Of a stretch of DNA of 64,000 bases, positions 50,932 to 62,300 are shown in pieces. The number at the start of each line of letters is the position of its first letter. The stretch's first letter is position 1. This DNA comes from Lingula anatina (taxonomy: Eukaryota > Animalia > Brachiopoda): NCBI GenBank assembly GCA_051362555.1, contig CM120642.1, positions 23,126,001-23,190,000 on the forward strand, read 5' to 3'. Under the pieces are notes generated by a model. It was not told the DNA's origin. It saw nothing but the letters and a program-made list of their open reading frames with translations, and did no database searches. The position numbers were made by a program, and so were the translations under genes.

Positions 50932-52046
50932 GTCCCTTGGAACGGAGCCTCTTGTAAACAGTTTAGGAACAAGGGACCGAATCTGATTTCAAGACCAGAA
51001 GAGAGCCGTAACATACGTCTGTGGAAAACGGATTCAAACATCCTATGTTGTATCAGTTAGCCTTCTCGTCTTCGGCGCCTGTCCATCTTTCTTACAAAGA
51101 CAACAATGATCATCTGGCTTATTATTAGTCCATGGGACAAGGGACGCAGTTTTAAGTGTCCACTGAGCGTCCTGACAACTTTTTTGACGTAGAAGGGACG
51201 CAGAAAGGACGCCGTCCAGTGTAAATGGGGGCTTTTATTACCACCAGGTGGATCAGAGGCTAGACTTACTCGATCACGGGGCACACCTCCCACATATATG
51301 GGTCAAATTGATTACGTGTTCCAAATGTTCCACGTGTTTTTTCCCGAATGGATCCTACTGTTTTAACTGCATGAAAATGATTATAATATCTTCGTCTTCT
51401 CTGGGTTATTCCACAAGCAAATGAATATTTGATTAGTGTCAGTGACGCACACATTTTGTGTTACATTTTCATAACTCTTTTATATCATTCTTTAAGCACT
51501 GTAGATTTTGTTTATTTATTATGTTTATTTTGGATTATGCATAATTATAAAGATTATATTATTATAATAATTATGCAAAATATTATACAAAATGATTGAG
51601 TCTCTGGCGTTGCTCAAGTGTTCAATTTTTGTTGGAATGACTCACTGTATGATATAAAACTACTGAGTACAATAACACGACTGTTTAGTACATGTACTAG
51701 CGCATAGTTGAACAACGCGCACTTATCCGTATTGGCGAAATATGTGAATGACTACCTTGTTTGTCAACGTATTAGGGTGACAACAGTCCTGATTGCCCCG
51801 TCACCTGAAAAGTAAAGTTCAGAAATGATAAACTCTATTTTCTGTCCTTTTATTATTTATATTCTTCGGTTATCTTTACCGCCATGTCAGCATGGGTTTT
51901 CTGGAAATAACCGCTTCACGTTGGATTAAGATAATATAATCTCTCAACATATGACAGAAAACGTCATGCAATGTAGCCACAGTGGCACAGTGTTATAAGA
52001 TAATACCGGAAATATATCACTAAATATATCACGTCATGTGACATAG

Positions 52047-55000
52047 TATGGAACGCCATTCACGCAAAAAATGCAGACGTCAATTCAACAATCTATCGGC
52101 ACTATTTAACAACCAAAACCTACTTTAACTATCTAAACTTAATTCTACTAAATTAGTTTTGGTCATTTTAATCATTCGTCAAAATCTAACAATCAATAAA
52201 CGATTCAAAAGTCAATTACCGCAACTCAACAATCAGTCACCGCAACTCAACAATCAGTTATCGCAACTCAAGAATCAGTTACAGCAACTCAACAATCAGT
52301 TACTGCAAACGGTCATTCGCGGACTTAACACCAGATGGCGCGCGCGCACCGTCAGCGATCTGAACGATCTGAAGCTAATCGACAAGAACCTATTATATCG
52401 TATCTTTTATATTAATTATTATTACATATCACAATAATAAACGAGTCGCTTTTTGATGTACGCCCGGCTATAACCTCTATTAAAAAATATCAATTTTTAT
52501 GAGATTCGTATTGTTTGGTTCCATTGCCTCGCTTTCAAAAATTAGAACAGGCGCTCCAAAATCGTAAGACGAAGTTAAAATTTTTATATTGGCCGAGTTC
52601 GCCACCGACTAGAATGCCTATACGTCCCCGCATCCGATACTCCCGCGCTTCTTTACATCACCGCACCAATACTCCCCCGCACCGATACTCCCCCGCTTCT
52701 TTACATCCCCGCATCGATACCCCCCCTTCCCCCCCTCCCCCCCCCCCCCCCCCCTGATACTCCCGCGTACCAATACTCCGCAAAAACACTACTCCCCAAA
52801 GCAAAGATTCCCTGGGCTTTGTAGACACAAATCGTGATTCAAAACCCTTTCTATTATGCTATTTTTTTCAAAGTTGCACAACCCTCTTGGGACACATAAT
52901 TGACACATTTTATTCGAAATTTATTGGGGAAAATAAAGGGCGTTACTCGAAGTCGATCTCAGACTTTGCGTGCAGCTTAACAGTCCGTAGGCCTACAGCT
53001 ATGCCTTGTAAATTTGAGAAATGTTTGTGCAAAATTAATATTGTTCTCCTACTGTAGTTACCGTATTTATATTATACACCCTTTTATTTATTTACTTAAG
53101 GCAAAGTTAGTTTTAATCTAAGATGACGCAGCTATGTCTTTTCCTCAGGCAACGATGATTTTGTTTAATTATTAAATAATAAAAAAGCAGTGCTAAAGCG
53201 CTTCGTTTTCTGTTATCTTCCTCCAACCTTCTTTTCTGCTCTTAAACTTCTTTCCCTTGTCTTTTGGAGGCATATTAGAATCTGAATTGAGCAAAATTCA
53301 AAATTTTTGAAAATTGTTGGACAACGAAATTGTAGAGACACGAGCATGCGTCGTGAGCACACCTTTTATTCTCGCAGTCCCGCCGTGTTTTCGACTTACT
53401 TCGTCATAGATGTGAGGGCGTGCGCCGTACTCAACACGCAAAGGGCACTTTCTCTTTCATTGCTTGCGACGTGCATCTTGGACCACGCAAGTCTCACTTG
53501 CAAACTCCTCGCAAACTCCTTGCGAAGGGAGCAAGTTACGCTTGCGGCCTCGCTGTTTAAAGATTATTTAAACAGCGAGGCCGCAAGCGTAACTTGAGAT
53601 TATTTGTAGAATAAAGCGTAACAAAGATTATTTGTAGAATCTATTGGAAATGTTTAGTATCCTCCGTACGTGCTTACATACGTGCGAACTCGAAATTTCG
53701 CATAAAGGACTTGCGTGGCACTTGAGATTCTCCGCAAAATTTGGACTCAAACGGGTCGTAAGAGCCCGTGCGGCCGGTTGTGACCGAGACTAATGTGTTG
53801 TCGCCCAAGATTTTTTAGGAACTTTGCGGCTTCTTGTGTATAATACCGATGCTCAATTGTAAGCAATTAAGATTTGTATGCACTGCGCAATAGCATAAAA
53901 ACAACATCACCAAGAATCTCCCTGTGGCCATTTTTTTTCACTTATCTCACCAATATCCAAAGCGTTTTTCCATTTGAAAAAAGTATTTCTTATACAATGT
54001 AGGCCGTGCTTCCGAGTCGTTGACCAATTTTTCAAATCTATATGTGAAAAAAATCGATGCAAGGTGACAGACTCTCCCATGATAGACAGTCCGGTTCCCA
54101 TCAATTTGCATATAGGTAATTCAGCCCCGCCCTAGATTTTGACCCACTTACGTCGATTGACCCTAACCTGTAGCCTATAATTAAATGGATGGATGACTTT
54201 CCGTTACCCAGACCCTCAGTTTCGTGGAAATTGCATAGGGGGAGTAATAATGCGGGGAGTATCGTTGCGGGGGAGTAACGGCCGTGCGCGTATAGGCCTA
54301 ACGGCAATTCTAGAGGGGATTTATCGATGCGGGGATCTATCGGTGTGAGGTCGTATCGACGTGCATAATGCAAAAAATTACTAAGGGGGAGTATCGGAGC
54401 GGGGGAGTATTAGTACGGGGGAGTTACGGTGAGGGGGAGTATTGGTGCGGGGGAGTATCGGCATGACCCCCTAGAAATATCCTCACAGCATTATCTGCAA
54501 TTTTTAATGTATTTTGCAATATAATTTTCATTCCTCCCGATGGATAATTTTATTAATCAAGAGTGGGGGAGGGGTGGAAAATCCCCTTGGTGCCACATAT
54601 AACACTATAAATGCGAAAGGAATTACCCTATTTGTGAAGAGAAAATAAATGTATTTGTTTATTTCAAACAGCGTACTTTTCGCGCATGCGCAGTAGTTTG
54701 AGACCTGTGCTATTCCGCATATTATTCGAGTAGGAACTACATGTGGTTCATTGCCATATCTAATTTCAGTATGATGTGATTGAACGCAATCCTACTATTA
54801 TATACTTAACTATATCATGACAATACGAACACGATGAACCACATGTACTCCCATAATATGCGGAATTGAAAACATGGAAAAGGTCAAGGACGTTTCAGAT
54901 CGCTGACGGTGCGCGCGCGCAATCTGGTGTTAAGTCCGCGAATGACCGTTTGCGACAACTAATTGTTGAGTTACGGCAACTGATTGTTGAGTTGACGTCT

Positions 55001-55523
55001 GCATTTTTTGCGTGAATGGTGCACCATGCATTCGCGCCATTCACGCAAAAAATGCATTGTTGAGTTGCGGTAACTGACTTTTGAATCATTTATTGACTGT
55101 TAGATTTTGACGAATGATTAAAATGACCACAACTAATTTAGTAGAATTAAGTTTAGATAGTTAAAGTAGGTTTTGGTTAAATAGTGCCGGTAGATTGTTG
55201 ATTTGACGTCTGTATTTTTTGCGTGAATGGCGCACCATGCTTTCACGCCATTCACGCAAAAATACATTGATACATTGTTGAGTTGCGGTGACTGATTGTT
55301 GAGTTGCAGTAACTGATTGTTGAGTTGCGGTGACTGATTGTTGAGTTGCAGTAACTAACTTTTGAATCGTTTATTGATTGTTAGATTTTGACGAATGATT
55401 AAAATGACCACAACTTATTTAGTAGAATTAAGTTTAGATAGTTAAAGTAGGTTTTGGCTGTTAAATAGTGCCGATAGATTGTTGAATTGACGTCTGCATT
55501 TTTTGCGTGAATGGCGCTCCATA
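52047..55523. mobile_element. 3.5-kb foldback-type element with long TIRs and a 6-bp TSD (ACATAG), unclassified
   Basis: ACATAG|TATGGAACGCCATTCACGC...GCGTGAATGGCGCTCCATA|ACATAG; empty site in copy 1 at 31246-31251. Arms ~320 bp with 21-bp subrepeats, and a nested inner inverted repeat array. Confidence 0.88.
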
Positions 55524-55821
55524 ACATAGGCCATGTACGGTCCTCAAAGTTGATTTGATTCTTTGAACTATTAGTGTTCAGATTATCAGAGGTACTGCAG
55601 CCTACCCTATAGGTAAGTGCACTACAGGTAAGTGAACGTGACCAATTACAAAACTTTTTGCATCGGCAATTAAGTATGGATATGTAAATTACAGATTGTT
55701 TTTCTACGCTAAATACACTTGTAAGGTAAAAAGAATATCGAACATAAACTATTCAAAGTTAAATGATGTGACAAAAAGCCTAAGCTTGAATGGAAACTGC
55801 ATAAGTAAGTTCAGTACATAT

Positions 55822-58218
55822 ATGCTTTATTTCATGGCCAGATTTGGGACAAAGAAAGCCAAGGTATGTAATTATTTGGGTAACATTATAATTTCAAGTG
55901 TACTGAGTGTGAAGAGAAAAATGTCAGGGTTATCAGAGCTCAACGGCCTTGGAAACCATGGCAAATTTAAATATGATTTACTGTCTATTATTGTCAAAAC
56001 GACTTTTGAATAAAAGAATAAGTCTCAAACTGTGCCATTAAGAATATTAATATAGAATTATGTGGATTCTAGTAACGAAGAGTGCGTCTTTTCTGTCGGC
56101 CACGAAATCACAATGTCGGCATCAGCTAGCGCGTCATTTCCAGTTGAACATCCAGAGTAAGTACTCAAATGAAGAAGAACACGCAAAAATACATTAATAC
56201 TTAGAGCGTTCTTAGTTAAGAATATAGTTTACCTGTCGTACTGTATTTGTTTGCTCGTTTGCAATGCTTTGGTATCAATATGTTATCAACGTGTCTTGAT
56301 GCAGGGGGGCGTGTGCTGGATAGTTCATTTTCACATAAGGTCCTTGCGATTGGTGTAAGGAGCACCAACTAACCCGCAGAAAGAACCCGGGTGTCTAGAA
56401 ATCACACGCAACATCATGGGAAGTTGGAATTCCAAGCTGTAATTCATAACACAGCCAACAGCGACTCATTCGCTTGTAAACCTTGGAGAGGACCCTATTA
56501 ATGCACATACAGTACCCTAACATATATGTTAAATTAAGATTTCCATGAAATATAAAGTGATGAATTTGCACAATTAAAAAACAGCAGATTTTCTGCACGT
56601 CACAGAAATAGTCTCCAGTGCCCTATATCCGCGAGAGGTTAAAAAGCATTCCTAGCCGCATGACAATAGATCAGGTGACCAGTCCGTCCAAGTCGATTCA
56701 CTCAGTGAAAGGTCTCAGGTTGAGATCGCAACGTCAGTCAGTTACTAAATGTTAGTTACAGTATCAGAGCTATTTATATTTCTCATTCTTATTCTATTGG
56801 ATGACAAACAATATTTGCTCAAAGTTATAAGAAATAACATGCAATTAATGTAAGGGACGAGCATGGGTCTTACACATACATGTACAGGGGTAGCTTGACG
56901 AAAGGCAACTACTCCCACCGGGTATCTCACCTGCGTTGTTCATTAAAGACTGATAAGTGTAGAACCAGTGCAATCTGGTCTTAAGTCACGGGCATCAATC
57001 TGGTGATACGCCCCACCCCCTCCCCTCGAGCTCGTTATCTCATTTAATCCACCGATCCTTTCTTTAAGATTCATCACGTTGGTTTTATGTTAGGTCATAA
57101 ATAATTTTCTCCACAGAATGTTTTTATTGCGCTGACATATATATAAACTACCATATACTGCTTAAAGTAATAGATTTAATCAAGGAAGTAGATCATTCAC
57201 AGACATTTCTCTGGTTGTTTCTCTGCACTTTTCAATGCTGTTAGAAATTTTTGAAAAAAAAAGAGAATAAATAAAATGATGTTATCGCTCGGTTGGTCAA
57301 TGGTAGAGAGAAGAAAGTCTGCAAATGTCAATGAATGGCAGGCAGAATTGGGGGGGGGACCATGCTTAAATAGATATTGTAGTATGACTCAGAGTTACGT
57401 CAGAATCTTAGGGATTTGCGTGCAAACATAATTTTGAAAGAGGGATTTTTATTTTAAAACGGAAGAGTAAGAGGGTACACTGTATTTGGATCAAAGCAAC
57501 AGCGACACTGTAAGAATGCTGTCAAGCAGGTCCATAAATCATCGATTTAATATCCTTAATATTCAACAATTTGCCAATCGCGGGCATTTCTACTAGGCCC
57601 GGAACATGTTTTGTATTTCAAGCGACGCTGTCCCTCCTACAGAACCGCTGAAGACTAGTTACATCCATGCCACCAGTAGGCTCCCGTTATTGTCGACCAC
57701 CATCGGATCTCTGTTGACTGAGGCCGCCACGGCTGACCCAGACCATGTACCACTTATCTACCCGGAATACAACCAGCACCTGTCATACAGGGAATGGCTG
57801 CAACAGGTGAGGAGAAAGAAGAGCGAAATTTGTGGAAAGGTAAAACGATGTAAAGCTAATAAGGCACCAGCTGTATGGTTACACGTACCACGGATCCTTG
57901 ACACGGTCCATGCACGGATATCGTTGACTAAAGGTGATTTTTTCCAAAATTTTTCTTAAATAGGGACACAATGAAATTTGCCTGTGGTGATGATTTAATA
58001 GCTTGAACTGTTTTCCCAACTCCCTAATTAACAGGCAATTTTTCCAGTTTTATCTTCGATTTCAAATGCAGTGTTTATTCTAGAGCGATCGGCTGGCTAA
58101 GGGTTTCCTAGCTTTGGGCTGTGCTAAGGGAGACAGGGTTACCATAGTGGCGTTTCCGGACAAGACATTTCCAATTGCAGTGTTTGCAGCGAACTCTATA
58201 GGAATGATTTGTCAAGCT
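55822..58218 (+). pseudogene. ACSF2-like copy 2, 5' exons, interrupted by a BEL insertion (remainder outside window)
   Basis: Exons 55822/55834-55863, 56056-56156, 57623-57806 and 58084-58218 are near-identical to copy 1 with frame intact. Homology stops abruptly at the LTR. Confidence 0.75.
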
Positions 58219-59034
58219 GTAGCGTCCAATATCTTAACAAACGCAGGTTGTCTGTTTGAGCCTTTATTGATCCACTACAATAAGATACGTTCTGAAATAA
58301 TAATAAATAAAGAGACTTAACATCTATACTTCATGTTCCTTTTCAATATGACTTACTTATATAATGACTGAATGTCACTGTTATTAAATCAATTTCTTTT
58401 ATAAGTGCATTACAAAGTTAAGAAGAAACAAATTAATTCCAAAATTAAATGATAACATACATAAACTAGCTACTCACTAGACTTGTCTAGCCTCGACTTG
58501 TGAAACATGACAAAATACCGTAACCTTTGTCTGCTGACACTGTAATAAATATAAAACAACTTCATGAAATTATGTAGCTAGCTGAGAAAAACATACTCAA
58601 TATCTAAGGAAAGAAAATAAACGTAAACTAACAGGCCTGACAAAGTTCGTTTGTTAACCACGCCTAATACATTCATGCATTATAACACGTGTTCTTAAAA
58701 TGCCTTTACATTACTTGCAAACTTATATGCTAATTACTTAATGAGCTATAAAATAGGTCTAGTAACCAAGCAACATATATAAAATGAGTTTTAAGAAAGG
58801 ACCGGGCAAATACATACTGTACTTATTTGTCTTTTTTCCTACTTTCTCTTCATACGTGCGAGTGTTGCGTCCTCCGTGAATCTGAACGTGTGCACCTCTC
58901 CCAACTTACGAATCTCTTTCTTCTAAAGATCATTTTCTCAACCAAATACATAGCAATTGCACCGAATGCAGTATGTGAGACTACATGGTAATTACTTTCC
59001 CTTAAACACGGGATATAGAATTCTAGCCACTACA
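58218..59034 (-). mobile_element. 3' LTR of the BEL/Pao element (~817 bp)
   Basis: On the minus strand it begins TGTAGTGG and ends CGCTACA (TG...CA), and is preceded by a polypurine tract GGTGGAGGGTG (59037-59047). Confidence 0.8.
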
Positions 59035-59342
59035 TACACCCTCCACCTTAAGAGCATGCCATGCTTCTTAACTATCCATATATATCTTTAACTACTTCAG
59101 CAAACTGCTACTAGTGATCTTAATTATTCAAATACAGTATAACATAAACAATGTATTGTAAGTATAGCAAAGAGAAATCCCTTATAAACTATTTAAAAAA
59201 AAAACATTCAATATAATCAAAAACATAACATTTTCAAGTCTCACTGGGACAGCGATCCGCCTACATCCCTTACACTGTTTAACACATCCACTTGATGTAT
59301 CCTTAGGTCTAATTATTCACCTCGATTATATCATAAACAATG

Positions 59343-62300
59343 TTAATCTTCATTTTGACCTTCCAAAAACACACACTTGGTTACAGGTCGTACTAACATG
59401 GAATTTTGTGTCCTGACTCTAACTTTGCGCACAAGACCATCATCTCCAGGAAAAATGTTAACCACACGGGCAAGAGGCCAATTTCCTCGAGGTAATACAT
59501 CATCAACCAGTAATACAACATCATCAACATGAATATTTCTTTCTGGCTTAATCCATTTCTGTCTTGTTTGCAATAAGGGTAAGTATTCACTGATCCACCT
59601 TTTCCAGAATTGGTCTGCCATGTACTGAACTTGACGCCATCTGCGCCTGACATATAAATCTTCTTTCCTGAATACTCCTGGTGGTAAATTATTTACTGAT
59701 CGTAGGAGAAGCAAGTGATTCGGTGTCAAAGGCTCCAAGTCATTTGGATCATCAGAGACTGTGGTAATTGGCCTTCCATTCAGTATGGATTCTACTTCAG
59801 TCATGAAAGTCATTAACCCTTCAACATCCAAAGCCTGTAGCTTCAGCACTGCAGATAGCACTTTACGTATGCTTCTAATGCACCTCTCCCACACTCCTCC
59901 CCAGTGTGAGGCAGCAGGTGGATTAAACACCCATTTCACATGTTTCTGCACTAGAAAGTCATTAACAGCTTCTTGATTCCATGATAAAATGGATTCCCTT
60001 AATTCTCGTTCTCCTGCCACAAAATTAGTGCCATTGTCACTTCTGATCAACTCTGGAGCACCTCTCCTGGCGATAAACCTGCGCAGCGCATTAATAAATG
60101 CGTCTGTATCCAATGCACTTGAAACTTCAATGTGTACTGCTTTAGATGTCAAACATGTAAATATACACCCATAATATTTGACCATACTTCTTGCTCTCTT
60201 AATGTGAAAGGGTCCAAAATAATCTATCCCAACATATGTAAACGGTGGCTTGTCTGGTTTAACCCTTTCTTCAGGCAAGTCTGACATCTGTTGGACACAT
60301 GGTGAAGCTTGTCTTCTTTTACAATCATGACAACTGTGAAGAACATGACGTACAGTGGAATTGGCCTTGATTATCCAATATCTGCTTCTGAGCTGTGAAA
60401 GAACATAATCTCTCCCTGAATGACCACATGCCTGATGATAATGTTGAATAATCAAATGTGTAACATGGTGCTTTTTAGGCAATATTACAGGGTGTTTCAT
60501 TTTTTCTGATATCCCTGCATGTACCAATCTTCCTCCAACACATAACAAATCATTGAACATCATGGGCTTCAACTTGTATAAACTGCTAGACTTCTTTATC
60601 TGTCCTCCTTGACCTTCAGACAATGATTTGAACTCTTCAGGAAAACATGATTTTTGTACAGTTTTGATGATTATCATCTCAGCTTCGTCAACTTCATCTA
60701 CTGATAAATATCTTTCTTTGCTTTGTGCTCCTTTCAGCCTAGTAATAAATCTTAAAATCCAGGCAACAACTCTCACAGTTTTTGTCCACGAGGAGTACTT
60801 CTGAATCAGATTGTGTAAAAATCCTGTTTTTTCTGCTGTCTGTGCACATGTACTGACCTTCCTTTTCACCTCTGGGTCATCAATGTCCAACTGTCCTTCA
60901 TAAACAGCTTGTGCTGGCCATTCATCTTCAAACTTGGACAAAAATGCCGGCCCTGCAATCCATGTATTCTCATGAATTAACTGATTTGCTGTGAGCCCTC
61001 TTGAAGCATGATCTGCAGGGTTTATATCACTAGACACATGCTTCCAATTGCACAAATCAGTATTCTCACGAATCATTGTAACTCTATTTGCCACATATGT
61101 ATGAAACCTTTTATCCTCATTGTGTATATATCGTAGCACAGCCATGCTGTCTGTCCAGAAAACTGATTTTTTAATAGGTAAGTCTATCTCTTTCCTAATC
61201 ATCTGGTCTAATTTCACTGACACAGTGGCTGCAGCTAGCTCTAATCTGGGAACTGTCACTGTTTTCAATGGCGTGACTCTGGACTTGCCTACCAGAAAAA
61301 CAACACTAACTTCTTTGTCATAATTCATCAGTCGTGCATACGAAACTGCTCCATATCCTACTTGTGATGCGTCTGAAAAATGATGTAACTGACATGACTC
61401 CACTAGACCAAATTTACATGGCTTTAAACACCTTGGACTTGAAAACTTGGCTAACTTGTGCACTTCAGACAGCCATCTTTGCCAGATCCTAAAATTCTGC
61501 TCACTTATCTCTTCATCCCAGTCCAACTTGGCCCTGGCTAGATCTTGGAGTAATATTTTGGCTTGTAACATACATGGTGCAGTAAATCCAAGTGGATCAT
61601 ACACAGAACTGATAATGGATAAAATGCCTCTTCTTGTTGCTGGCTTCTCTTTGACCTTGACCTTAAATCCAAATGAATCCTTCTCAGTGTCCCACAACAC
61701 TCCTAAAGCTTTCTCAATTGGTAGCTTTTCTAAGTCCAAGTCTTTAACCTTTGGATTTCTGTCACTTTCTGGTATGGATTCTAACACTTTGGACGAATTT
61801 GATATCCATTTGGTAATCTTGAAACCTCCTTTATCAAGCAATTGCGTAACTTTGGTAACAAAGTGAATTGCCTCTTCTTCTGTATGTAGCGACTTCAAAC
61901 AATCATCAACATAGAAATTTTCCTTCACACTTTGAGCAATCTCATTGCCAAACTCCTTTTCATTATCTTCAGCTGCCTTTTGCAATGCATAGCTGCATAC
62001 ACTAGGTGATGACGTAGCTCCAAACAAGTGAACTTTCATCCTGTATATTCCTGGTTCCTCATTGAAGTCTTCTGTATCCCACCAAAGGAATCTTAAGTAG
62101 TCACAGTGAGCTGGGCTAACTCTCACTTGATGAAACATTTCTTTGATATCTCCCATTACTGCTACTTCATTTTTTCTAAATCTTGTGAGCACACCAAATA
62201 ATGAACTTGTAAGATCGGGCCCCTGTAGCAGACAGTCATTCAAAGATCTTCCTTTGAATTTGGACGCACAATCAAAAACTATTCTTGTCTTCTCAGGTTT

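Larger units (their letters stand above)
50175..58217 (+). repeat. Tandem segmental duplication, copy 2
   Basis: Matches 29150-33895, with extra insertions (50232-50490, 50638-50931, 52047-55523) and lacking ~29410-30150 of copy 1. Confidence 0.92.

Noticed and set aside
52159-52437. QLNNQ-repeat ORF as a coiled-coil protein
   Set aside because: It is the translation of 21-bp subrepeats in a TIR, has no ATG start, and is mirrored on the other arm.
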